Source of the DNA: Acidimicrobiia bacterium
GTDB taxonomy: Bacteria > Actinomycetota > Acidimicrobiia > Spongiisociales > ZC4RG35
Assembly: GCA_013812505.1 (NCBI GenBank)
Contig: JACCTH010000017.1
Coordinates: 19,400-83,399, forward strand
Direction: 5' to 3'
DNA: 64,000 nt
Shown here: piece by piece, positions 26,621 through 35,257 of the stretch
How positions within the stretch are numbered: the first letter of the stretch is position 1
Layout: each line of letters starts with the position of its first letter
Made by a program: the position numbers and the translations under genes
The notes under the pieces: model-generated
Database searches by the model: none
What the model was told of the DNA's origin: nothing
What the model saw: only the letters and a program-made list of their open reading frames with translations

Positions 26621-28294
26621 GTGATTCTTTGGCCGAACCGTAGTCTTCAGAGGGTGATCATCCAGGCGCTGGAAAGTTTGGCCACTGGGCTTGATCGACG
26701 CGGAGCGACGGCTCCTTCACCTGGGAAAGCGGAAAAGGCGCATCGTCTCGCCAGGCATATCCGCGACTTTCTCTTGCCGAGGGCCACCGATCTGACGACT
26801 CCCCTCGTGGTGGTCTTGCTGGGCTCGACTGGAGCCGGCAAGTCGAGCCTCTTCAACGCTCTGGCGGGACGAAAGGTGAGCGAATCCGGGCTGCTCCGTC
26901 CGACGACTCGACGCGCAGTGGCGCTGGTCAATCCCGCCGACGCCGGGAGTCTCCGGCTCAGCGAAGTCAGCGTCGTCAACGATCCGTCGTCGCCCCCTGG
27001 TCTCGTGCTCGTCGATTCGCCGGATTTCGACTCGGTTGAGCTTGCCAATCGCAAGCTCGCCCTCGACCTCCTCGAAGCGGCCGACCTGGTGATCTTTGTC
27101 ACCACCGTCACCCGGTACGCCGACTTTGTGCCATGGACCGTCCTGACCAGGGCCAGTGAGCGCGGCGTGCCGATGCTGGCGGTGATCAACCGCATGCCCG
27201 CCGACGAAGGCGAGGCGCAGGCGGTGATGGACGACTATCGGCGGCTGCTGACTGGCGGCGATATCGAAAAGCTTGGCGCCTTCGGCAAGCTCGAGGTCGT
27301 GTCGGTGCCCGAGGGTGCTCTCGACCGCAGCTTCGATGGCCTCGCCCGCGACGCGATCGCACCCATCCTGGGAGCGATCGAGCGCCTTCGGCAGGACACC
27401 GATTCGCGCAAGGAGATTGCGCACCGCGCCCTTCGGGCCGCGGTCGACGGCCTCCCCGACAGTGTCGAGCAGATCGCCCGCGAGGTGGCGGCCGAGGAAG
27501 AAGCGTTGGCCGGCCTGGTCAAGTTGGCCGATGAGGACAATCGCCGGGGGCTGGCCTTGCTTGAAGACGAGATTTCGGGCGGAACCCTGCTCAGGGGAGA
27601 GGTGCTCAGGCAGTGGCTCGATTTTGTCCGGGCCGGTCCCACGGCTCGGTTTCTCTCCGAGGGAATCGGCAAACTCGTCGCCAGCGTGCGGAGTTTGTTC
27701 CGTCCGCAGGCGCCGGCCCTAGCACCCGACGTGCGGGAAGCCGCGTTCTCCGATTTGATCGCCTCGGCGGTTCGGCGAGCCGATGACGCCGCCCAGAAGA
27801 CTGCCAATGCTTGGACGGAGGATGACCTCGGCGCAGTCGCGCTGGCTTCCCACCCTGAGCTGTGGGGAAGCGATCCCAAGCTCCGGTCCGACCTGCAGGC
27901 CGGGCTGGAGAAATGGGTCGACGAGATCGCCAACGAGATCGCCGCTGTCGGCCAGCAACGCAAAGGCTGGGCGCAAGCAGCCACGATCGGCCTCAACGTT
28001 CTTGGTTCGAGTGTGATGCTTGCGGTCTTCCTCCACACTGGCGGCCTCACCGGCGCCGAGATTGGGATTGGAGCGGCGACCGCGATCGTGAACCAGAAAC
28101 TGCTGGAGGCGATCTTCGGCGAAGCCAACGTCGCAGCATTCGTGAAACAGGCCCGCGATCGGCTGCACGAGGTCCTGCAACGAGCCTTTACCGCCGAACG
28201 AGATCGCTTTCTCACCGCGCTCGGTCCCGTGTCCAGCGGCCTTGCCACGAGTCTGCGCGCAGATGCGACGGCGGCCAAGGCCGCACTTTCGTGA
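26621..28294 (+). CDS. membrane-associated HSR1/dynamin-like GTPase (first of a tandem pair)
   Basis: 557 aa. G1 GSTGAGKSS, G2-like RPTTRR, G3 DSPDFDS, G4 position deviant (VINRMPAD). Long helical C-terminal half with a hydrophobic hairpin (AATIGLNVLGSSVMLAVFLHTGGLTGAEIGIGAATAIV). The start is uncertain: GTG 26621 lies only 19 bp from the divergent LOG start, and GTG 26654 is an alternative. Confidence 0.75.
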   Translation: MILWPNRSLQRVIIQALESLATGLDRRGATAPSPGKAEKAHRLARHIRDFLLPRATDLTTPLVVVLLGSTGAGKSSLFNALAGRKVSESGLLRPTTRRAVALVNPADAGSLRLSEVSVVNDPSSPPGLVLVDSPDFDSVELANRKLALDLLEAADLVIFVTTVTRYADFVPWTVLTRASERGVPMLAVINRMPADEGEAQAVMDDYRRLLTGGDIEKLGAFGKLEVVSVPEGALDRSFDGLARDAIAPILGAIERLRQDTDSRKEIAHRALRAAVDGLPDSVEQIAREVAAEEEALAGLVKLADEDNRRGLALLEDEISGGTLLRGEVLRQWLDFVRAGPTARFLSEGIGKLVASVRSLFRPQAPALAPDVREAAFSDLIASAVRRADDAAQKTANAWTEDDLGAVALASHPELWGSDPKLRSDLQAGLEKWVDEIANEIAAVGQQRKGWAQAATIGLNVLGSSVMLAVFLHTGGLTGAEIGIGAATAIVNQKLLEAIFGEANVAAFVKQARDRLHEVLQRAFTAERDRFLTALGPVSSGLATSLRADATAAKAALS

Positions 28295-29859
28295 AAGCGA
28301 TTTCATCGTTGCGGACCGCGGCCGAGGCGGCCACCGACCTCGGTCTCGGGGGTTTGGCGAACGAGGCGATGCATCTGGTTGCGCAGGCGGAAACGAGGCT
28401 CGGGTTTGAGGGCTCGGCCTATGTCCTGGCGCTGGCAGGAGGGACGGGTGTGGGGAAGTCCTCCCTGCTCAACGCCTTCGCGGCGCGCAAAGTGAGTGAA
28501 GTTGGAGTGCTCAGACCGACCACGGCCCAGCCGGTTGCTTGGGTGGCCGGAGAAGAACGCGCCGAGGTCGGCCCGCTGCTCGACTGGTTGGGGATCAAGG
28601 ACGTCTCGGTCCACCCCCAAGAGGTCCTAAAGCGAGTCGTGGTGATCGACCTGCCCGATTTCGACAGTGTTGCAGTCGACCACCGCGCCACGGTGGATCA
28701 GTTGCTGCCCCGGATCGATGCGATGCTTTGGGTCGTCGACCCCGAGAAGTACGACGACGAGTTGCTGTACTCCTATTTGAGAAACCTCACTCGTCATGCG
28801 GAACGGATCGCTTTCGTGTTCAACAAGGCGGACCGTCTCGAGCCCGTCGACCAGAGGTTGATCCGGGAGGACTTCTCTCGCCGGCTCCAAGCCGCCGGGT
28901 TTTCACAACCGGCGGTGTTCATGGTCTCAGCGCTCACCGGCGAGGGGCTCAACTCGCTCTTGGCGGCGCTCAAGCAGCGTTCAAACGAAAAGGAGCTGGT
29001 CAAGGAGAAGCTCGAGGCGGATCTCGCCGCCAACTTGCGCGGCCTGGCGTCGGCCGCCGGAGTCGGGGAGCGCTTTTCACCGCTGCTCGATCGACGAGAC
29101 CGCGCTTTGGCGACAACTGAGGCAGTGAACGGGGCACTGGCCATCGTTGACCCTGACGGCGTTGCCGCCCAGGTGAAAGCGGCGGTGCTTTACCGGGCCC
29201 GCCGCCAGGGTGGCTCGCTGTTGGCGCGAATCCTGGCTCTCCTCAGCAACCTCACCGGGGCCCGGCGCCGCTCGGCCGATCCCGAGGGTTTCTTGCTCGC
29301 CTGGCGGCAGCGCGGCTCGCTCGGCCATGTCCTCAATCCGATCCGGCGGGTCCTCGTCGATTCCGTCTCCCGGCTGCCCGCACCGGCGCGGCCGGCGGTG
29401 ATGGGGAAAGTCGAATTTGACCAGCTCGAAGCGCGAATGACGAAGGCGATTGAGAACGGTGTCGCGAGCAGTCGGAGGGGGCTGGAGCCACCGGGGTCTT
29501 TCCTCTGGGTCTTCTTGGGCATGCTCCAGTTGCTCTTGGGTGCGGCCTTCCTCTTCGCGGTGGCTTGGTATCTGACCATCCTCTTTGGCCCGGGCAGCCT
29601 GCTCGTAGGTGAGATTGACGTCCCCTATCTAGGACCGGTGCCGATCCCCCTCGCCATCCTGACGGGGTCGCTGGTCTTAAGCCTCGTCCTCAGCTTCTTG
29701 TTGACGATCCACGCCTCTTGGGTTGGCCAGCGACGCGGAGCAAAAGTCGCGAGCCAAGTGGGCACGGCAATCGAAAACACGATCGAATCCGCCGCTTTTC
29801 GTCATCTCGATGACGTTGACGGAGCACGCCAGCGCATCTCCCAGGCGCTTAGTGGCTGA
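28291..29859 (+). CDS. membrane-anchored HSR1/dynamin-like GTPase (second of the pair)
   Basis: GTG 28291 overlaps the upstream stop (GTGA). G1 GGTGVGKSS, G3 DLPDFDS, G4 NKAD. Helical stalk and two strong C-terminal TM helices (FLWVFLGMLQLLLGAAFLFAVAWYL, VPIPLAILTGSLVLSLVLSFLL). The 27862 start of the listed ORF is an out-of-context extension. Confidence 0.75.
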   Translation: MKAISSLRTAAEAATDLGLGGLANEAMHLVAQAETRLGFEGSAYVLALAGGTGVGKSSLLNAFAARKVSEVGVLRPTTAQPVAWVAGEERAEVGPLLDWLGIKDVSVHPQEVLKRVVVIDLPDFDSVAVDHRATVDQLLPRIDAMLWVVDPEKYDDELLYSYLRNLTRHAERIAFVFNKADRLEPVDQRLIREDFSRRLQAAGFSQPAVFMVSALTGEGLNSLLAALKQRSNEKELVKEKLEADLAANLRGLASAAGVGERFSPLLDRRDRALATTEAVNGALAIVDPDGVAAQVKAAVLYRARRQGGSLLARILALLSNLTGARRRSADPEGFLLAWRQRGSLGHVLNPIRRVLVDSVSRLPAPARPAVMGKVEFDQLEARMTKAIENGVASSRRGLEPPGSFLWVFLGMLQLLLGAAFLFAVAWYLTILFGPGSLLVGEIDVPYLGPVPIPLAILTGSLVLSLVLSFLLTIHASWVGQRRGAKVASQVGTAIENTIESAAFRHLDDVDGARQRISQALSG

Positions 29860-30844
29860 ACGGCTCGCCGGAAGGACCACGGCGAACCACCGCGTTCCAG
29901 ACTGTTTCGTAGTGATCCCGGTCGAAGGCGTCGACGTGGGGGAGCACGAACTCCTCCCAAGCGCGACGCAGCGGGTCGGGCTCGTCGCGATATACCCGCA
30001 AGCCCGTCGGGATCCGGTCGAGGACGGACCGCAGCGAGAGCGGTGATTCGACTCGGGTAGTCGCGTCGGGAACCACAAACGACGCGTTGACCTCGACTGC
30101 CAAACGCGAGATCGCATCGACGAGCTCTTCGCGGAGCGAGGGGTAGCGACGCGTCAGCATCGCCTTCACCTGGTCTCCACCCGGAAAGTCTTTTTCCCAG
30201 ATCACCCACCGATCGGCGAACGCCTTGTTGAGGGTCTGGGTGCCGGCATAGTCGCGGATATCGGTTGGGTTCATGGTCCCAAAAACGCGAACGTCGGTGC
30301 GGAGCCGCACCGTCTCCCCGGTAGGAAGGTCAAGGGCGCCGTAGCGGTCGAGCAACCCGTGGAGGGCAAACAAGGTCTCGGCGCCGGCCGCGTTCAGCTC
30401 GGAAAGGTTTAGCAGAGCCGGCCCTCGCAGCGCGCGGGTGATGTCGCCATCCTCCCAACGGCTTTCCGTCCCGCCCTTGCCATCCCCATGCAAACGGGTC
30501 GATCCGATGAGCGTGACGTCGCGCACTTCCCCGGTTAGTGGAATGCGGTAGTAGGGCAGTCCGAGATGGGCGGCGAACTGCTCGATGTCGTGGTCCTTGC
30601 CGGTGCCCATATGACCGCGCACCGCAAGATGGAGCGGCGCGAAACCTTCCGGGTCCGAGCGGCGCACCGCCTCCACCTGGGCAAAGCGGTAGAGCATCCC
30701 GAGATCGACGTAATGGGGGTCGGGTTGCGGGATCTTGCCAACCCGCTGGTCGAAGTCGACGACCTTCTTCTCCACGTCAAACTTCTCAAGGGTCACCGGC
30801 GGCCCCAAACCGCCCGGATGCTCGAAGCTCACTTTTTCAGGCAC
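29849..30844 (-). CDS. CobS-like / MoxR-class AAA+ ATPase with deviant Walker motifs
   Basis: 331 aa. P-loop GHMGTGKD followed by HDIEQFAAHLGLP (CobS-like). The Walker B position reads LLNLSE. It also has FGTMNP and GTQTLNKAFADRW blocks typical of CobS/AAA_5 proteins. 8-bp overlap with the upstream vWA gene. Confidence 0.7.
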   Translation of the reverse strand: MPEKVSFEHPGGLGPPVTLEKFDVEKKVVDFDQRVGKIPQPDPHYVDLGMLYRFAQVEAVRRSDPEGFAPLHLAVRGHMGTGKDHDIEQFAAHLGLPYYRIPLTGEVRDVTLIGSTRLHGDGKGGTESRWEDGDITRALRGPALLNLSELNAAGAETLFALHGLLDRYGALDLPTGETVRLRTDVRVFGTMNPTDIRDYAGTQTLNKAFADRWVIWEKDFPGGDQVKAMLTRRYPSLREELVDAISRLAVEVNASFVVPDATTRVESPLSLRSVLDRIPTGLRVYRDEPDPLRRAWEEFVLPHVDAFDRDHYETVWNAVVRRGPSGEPFSH

Positions 30845-32891
30845 TGATCATCCCCCGTGTCGTCGAAGTTGTCTTGGGCCGCAGCCACCAGGTATCCATT
30901 CCCCAGAGCGATAGCCCGCGGCGCAGAGCGTTCCGGGTCCCGTCGATCATCGCCTGAGTGAGCGCCTCAGGTCGATTGACGGTCTCGAATCGGTGGTAGG
31001 CGCCGGTGGCGGTGTCGTCGCCGATGCCGATCCCGAGCACCGTAGTGCCCGACCGCTCCACAGCCGTCACCGCCGCGCCGAGCGCCGAAACCGAGCCCCG
31101 CGTCATCCCGTCGGCCAACACCACCAGCACTCGAACCTGAGCCCCGAGCTTGGCCATGCGCTCGGCCGCGTAGATCACGTTGAACTCGTCGACGTTGGCC
31201 GCCCTCTCAAACAGCGACACCGGCGGGCACGTGCGTGGGTCGCGACGGGCGGAGATTGCGGCCTTGGCAGGCTCCTTGGCCGTCCAGAACATGCCGGCCA
31301 GAACCGGCTCGGCTTCCCGCCAACGGCGAGCGAAGGGCTTGACGAGGTAGTGATTGACAGTGGTCGTGAGCCGGCCCGCGGCGGAGCCATGGCTCTGACG
31401 GAGACCGGCGCCGGCCTGGCTTGATGAGCGGGTGTAGGTCCACTCGGTGTCGTTTGGTCGGGCCGCGAAACCGCGGTTGAAAAGCGCCACCTCGAAGTCG
31501 ACGCCGAGCTCATGGCAAAGGCGGGCGAGGGTGGTAGCCCCCAGCAACGCCGCCGCCATCCCCCAGGGCTGGCGATCGGGATTGCGAGGTTGGAGCATCG
31601 ATGCCGAGGCGTCGACGAGAAGGCTGACGGCGTATGAGCGCCGAGTTCGAGAGGCTCGCCGCTCATACATCCGCTGATAGAGACCGGCGCCGATGAACAG
31701 CGCCGCGTGCGGGGACACGTCGCCCTGGTCGTAACCCGAGCGAAGCCCTCGCCGTTGATTGGCGGCGAACAACGGGTAGAGCTCGCCTGAGACCCGGCGC
31801 TGCGCAACGCCCCATTTCCTGGCGGCGACCTCCATGGCGACAAGCCCGTCGGCGGCGAACCGGGCAAAGGTCGAGGGAGCGGGAGTGACGATGAGCTTTC
31901 CTCCCATCCCGGTGGGGAGGTAGACCGTCGGAGCCTCACTCACTCGCAGCAGCTGATCCATCGAGGCATCTCCGGCGAGCTCCGAGGCACCTTTCTTGTC
32001 CGATAGTCCCGACCGCGCCTGCGTGGCCCGCTGCACATCGTGATAGCTCTCGGTGTTGCGCAGCACTGGACTAGGGAGACGGACCATGTCGGCCCCGTCA
32101 GCCGCCGCTTCGGCATCGGCTTTTTGCACCATTCGCTTTTGGGCCTGGGTGCCCTCTTCCCGGATGGAGGTCAGCAGACCGTGGGCGCGGGCAATCTCAA
32201 ACAATTTGAGCGCATGCTTGGCCACCTCGCGAGCGTCGCCTTCCTTTGCTGCCTCTTGACAAATCGGGAAGGCGTCGGCCAACGCCTGTTGGGCGCGCGA
32301 GTGCACGCGGCGCTCGAACCGCTCGCGCTCGATGTAGCCGCCGCAGTAGAGGAAACAGCCCAGGGCGAAATGTCCAAGGGCTCCGGCTCGTGAGACGGCG
32401 ACTGAGATCGATGACTCGTAGAGGTCAGTGAGGACCGACCGCACGCCCGGATAGTTGACGAGGCCCTGGACTTCCTGCCGGGCATCTTCCAAGTTGAAGA
32501 AGAGGATCTCCGCGACCGGCCCGCCCTCGCGGGCCAAGAACTCGAGCAAATCATCGTCACCGATCGGCTCGTCGAGATTTGTCGACAGGAGGTGAACCAC
32601 CTCGTGCATGGCCGAAGCGAGCGCCATCTCCGGGGCAGTGACCGGCGCCTCGCGATTGGTTGCGGCTTGGAAGAGCCGCGGGTCGCAAACCACTTCGTCG
32701 TCGGTGACGGCCGCTTCCGGGCCGAGAACGACTCGTAGCTTGGGGTTGTTGGCCAGCGAACGGGCAAAACGGGTCACGGCCGGGGCGACTGCTTGATAGC
32801 GCGCCACCACCGCCTCGATGGCCTGCTCCTCGGCGGGGAGCAGGTCTCGAAGCAAGGACAGCCTCGCGCCTGGTTGGGGACGAACGCGCAT
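30837..32891 (-). CDS. vWA-domain protein with an N-terminal HExxH (metallopeptidase-like) region (CobT/NorD-like partner of the AAA+ gene)
   Basis: 684 aa. HEVVH at about aa 96-100. C-terminal vWA with MIDAS DASAS (SLLVDASASM) and VVLADGMT. Confidence 0.7.
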   Translation of the reverse strand: MRVRPQPGARLSLLRDLLPAEEQAIEAVVARYQAVAPAVTRFARSLANNPKLRVVLGPEAAVTDDEVVCDPRLFQAATNREAPVTAPEMALASAMHEVVHLLSTNLDEPIGDDDLLEFLAREGGPVAEILFFNLEDARQEVQGLVNYPGVRSVLTDLYESSISVAVSRAGALGHFALGCFLYCGGYIERERFERRVHSRAQQALADAFPICQEAAKEGDAREVAKHALKLFEIARAHGLLTSIREEGTQAQKRMVQKADAEAAADGADMVRLPSPVLRNTESYHDVQRATQARSGLSDKKGASELAGDASMDQLLRVSEAPTVYLPTGMGGKLIVTPAPSTFARFAADGLVAMEVAARKWGVAQRRVSGELYPLFAANQRRGLRSGYDQGDVSPHAALFIGAGLYQRMYERRASRTRRSYAVSLLVDASASMLQPRNPDRQPWGMAAALLGATTLARLCHELGVDFEVALFNRGFAARPNDTEWTYTRSSSQAGAGLRQSHGSAAGRLTTTVNHYLVKPFARRWREAEPVLAGMFWTAKEPAKAAISARRDPRTCPPVSLFERAANVDEFNVIYAAERMAKLGAQVRVLVVLADGMTRGSVSALGAAVTAVERSGTTVLGIGIGDDTATGAYHRFETVNRPEALTQAMIDGTRNALRRGLSLWGMDTWWLRPKTTSTTRGMISA

Positions 32892-32965
32892 AACCGTTCA
32901 TTGTCTCACCTCGGTCAACTTCCGGCCTCTCCATCTTTCAGCGAGCGGTCCGTACACTCCCGCCG

Positions 32966-34237
32966 ATGCCGGAGAAAATCCGCGGTTCCCACTATCAGCT
33001 GACGACGTTCGCCAACGGTTTGCGGGTGATCACCGAAGAGATGCCTTGGGTTCGATCGGTCGCCGTCGGTTGCTGGGTCGACACTGGTTCGCGAGACGAG
33101 CTCAGCAACGAAGCCGGCGCCTCCCACTACCTCGAGCACCTTCTCTTCAAGGGCTCGGAGCGCTACTCGGCCCGGATGATCGCCGAGACTTTCGACGCCA
33201 TGGGGGCGGAATCAAACGCGTTCACCTCGAAGGACAACACCTGCTTCTGGGCCCGATTGCTCGACTCCGATTTGGCAACTGGAATGGATTTGCTGGCGGA
33301 GATGCTCCAGCGGCCCGCGTTCCGGGCCAACGAGGTCGAGAGCGAGCGGCAAGTCGTGATCGAAGAGATCAACATGAACGACGACGATCCCTCCGACGTG
33401 GCCTTCGAGGAGTTCAATCAAGTGCTTTTTGCCGGGCATCCGCTCGAAGGGCCGGTGCTCGGCACGCGGGCATCGATCAAATCGATGACAACCGACGACC
33501 TCTCCGGCTACTGGGCTCGCCGATACGGGGCGCGCTCAACCGTTGTCGCCATGGCGGGGTCGGTGCAGCACGATGCCGCGGTCGATTTGATCGGCAAGCA
33601 TTTCGGCGACTGGTCGGGCGATGGAGTAGATCATGTGTTTGCCGAACCGGCGATCGAACCCTTCGTGCGTCTTGTCAACCGCGATACCGAGCAAGCCCAT
33701 TTAGTGCTTGGTGGGCGCGGGCTCATCCGGGGCGACGAGCGGCGTTTTGCTTTCGATGTCCTGAACCACATCCTCGGCGGCGGGATGTCGTCGCGCCTCT
33801 TCTTGAAGATCCGCGAAGAGCGGGGGCTGGCTTACTCGGTTTATTCGTTCCGGCTGTCGCACACCGACACGGGCGGCTGGGGGGTCTACGTTGGCACGAC
33901 TCCTGAGTTCACCGAGACCTGCATGCAACTCATCGAAGAGGAGCTCTCGTCGATTACCAGCGATGGCATCACTGCCGATGAGCTGGACCGCGCCAAAGGT
34001 TCGCTGCGCGGAGGACTGGCTCTTTCGACCGAAGACCCGAACAGCCGCATGGTGCGTCTGGGCCGTGATGAGCTCTCCGGCGGGCCCCATCTCTCGGTCG
34101 ATGAGCGGATCGCAAGGCTGGAAGACGTTGATCTCGACGCGGTCAAAGAAGTGGCGGAAACGGTTTACACCGGCTCGAGGGTCATGGGAGCAGTAGGTCC
34201 GTTCGAACCGGGCGAGCTCGATCGCTGGGTGCAGTGA
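32966..34237 (+). CDS. M16-family (pitrilysin-type) zinc peptidase
   Basis: 423 aa. Inverted zinc motif HYLEHLLFKGS (HxxEH). The position upstream of dapB is typical for actinobacteria. Confidence 0.9.
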   Translation: MPEKIRGSHYQLTTFANGLRVITEEMPWVRSVAVGCWVDTGSRDELSNEAGASHYLEHLLFKGSERYSARMIAETFDAMGAESNAFTSKDNTCFWARLLDSDLATGMDLLAEMLQRPAFRANEVESERQVVIEEINMNDDDPSDVAFEEFNQVLFAGHPLEGPVLGTRASIKSMTTDDLSGYWARRYGARSTVVAMAGSVQHDAAVDLIGKHFGDWSGDGVDHVFAEPAIEPFVRLVNRDTEQAHLVLGGRGLIRGDERRFAFDVLNHILGGGMSSRLFLKIREERGLAYSVYSFRLSHTDTGGWGVYVGTTPEFTETCMQLIEEELSSITSDGITADELDRAKGSLRGGLALSTEDPNSRMVRLGRDELSGGPHLSVDERIARLEDVDLDAVKEVAETVYTGSRVMGAVGPFEPGELDRWVQ

Positions 34238-34959
34238 AGGTTGGCGTTTCCGGCGCCGCCGGCCGGATGGGGCTTATCACCTGCGAAGCGGTGGAGGCCG
34301 CGAATGATCTCGAGCTGATCGGCCGCTTCGCGCCCGGCCACGGTGCCGACGATCCCGCGGCACTGGCGGATTGTGCGGTGGTGGTGGAGTTCGGCCCCGC
34401 GGCCACGGCTTTGGACAACGTCGCTCGCTGGCACTCCCAGAAAAGCGATGTGGTCGTGGGAAGTTCAGGCTTTGACCGGCATCGCATGGAGGAGCTGTCC
34501 GACCTGTGGGGAGAGGGACCCGGTCGGTGCCTGGTGGTGCCCAACTTCTCGTTGGGGGCGGCGCTGATGATGTGGCTGGCAGAGAAGGTTTCGCCGTACT
34601 TCACCGCGGCCGAGCTAGTCGAGCTCCACCATGACCGGAAAAGCGACGCCCCCTCGGGTACGGCTTTGGCCACTGCCGAACGGATGAAGCCGAACGGGCA
34701 ACGAGCCGTCGAGTCATCAGAGTCGATCCCGGGAGCGCGGGGGGCGGAGGTGGGGAAGGTGTGGGTTCACTCTGTTCGCCTCCCGGGTCTGCTTGCGCAC
34801 CAGGAGATCCTGCTCGGCAATCCCGGAGAGATGCTGTCGATTCGTCATGATCAGAGCGATCGGAGCGCGTTCGTGCCTGGAATCCTTTTGGCGATCCGCT
34901 CGGTGTCGAGCCAGACCGAGCCGGTGACAATCGGCTTGGAGGGGTTGCTCGGGCTCTAG
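34234..34959 (+). CDS. dapB: 4-hydroxy-tetrahydrodipicolinate reductase
   Basis: 241 aa. MKVGVSGAAGRMG NAD(P) motif and ELHHDRKSDAPSGTA signature. Confidence 0.92.
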   Translation: MKVGVSGAAGRMGLITCEAVEAANDLELIGRFAPGHGADDPAALADCAVVVEFGPAATALDNVARWHSQKSDVVVGSSGFDRHRMEELSDLWGEGPGRCLVVPNFSLGAALMMWLAEKVSPYFTAAELVELHHDRKSDAPSGTALATAERMKPNGQRAVESSESIPGARGAEVGKVWVHSVRLPGLLAHQEILLGNPGEMLSIRHDQSDRSAFVPGILLAIRSVSSQTEPVTIGLEGLLGL

Positions 34960-34965
34960 GACTCG

Positions 34966-35100
34966 GGTAATGGGTCAGTCTGATTCTGGTTCAGAAGTTC
35001 TAGCTGCTCGCCTTGACCTTTCACAGCGCGGGGAGCCTCGGCGTAGGTGCCGCAAGGCCGTCTAATCCAAGGGCCCTCGATTTCAAACTGACCCACTAAC
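34966..35100. repeat. palindromic element copy: arms GGTAATGGGTCAG (34966-34978) and CTGACCCACTAAC (35088-35100)
   Basis: The arms are related to the compact hairpin at 36561-36593. The 17-mer TTCAAACTGACCCACTA (35082-35098) recurs as TTCAAACTGCCCCACTA (36575-36591). Confidence 0.6.
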
Positions 35101-35257
35101 TGTCTGTTGGCCGCCTGGTGTTGCGATCTACGATGGATGGCACCTCGCTGGCTACCGCGATTATCGAGGTCACGTCAAGGAGTCTGATTGCATTCATCGC
35201 CCCGACGGTTAGCCGCTCGCCGGTCGCCAACTCGAACCAAGGGATGGTGATCAAGTC

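Noticed and set aside
27862-28290. Upstream 143 codons of the listed 665-aa ORF (Arg/Gly/Pro-rich)
   Set aside because: It overlaps the 3' third of GTPase 1 in another frame. GTG 28291 forms a GTGA junction with the upstream stop and precedes the conserved GTPase domain.
34969-35000. CTGATTCTGG similarity to the tmRNA 5' end in the 300-bp non-coding stretch after dapB
   Set aside because: Only about 10 nt match. There is no tRNA-like 3' domain, no tag reading frame and no pseudoknot-forming segments.
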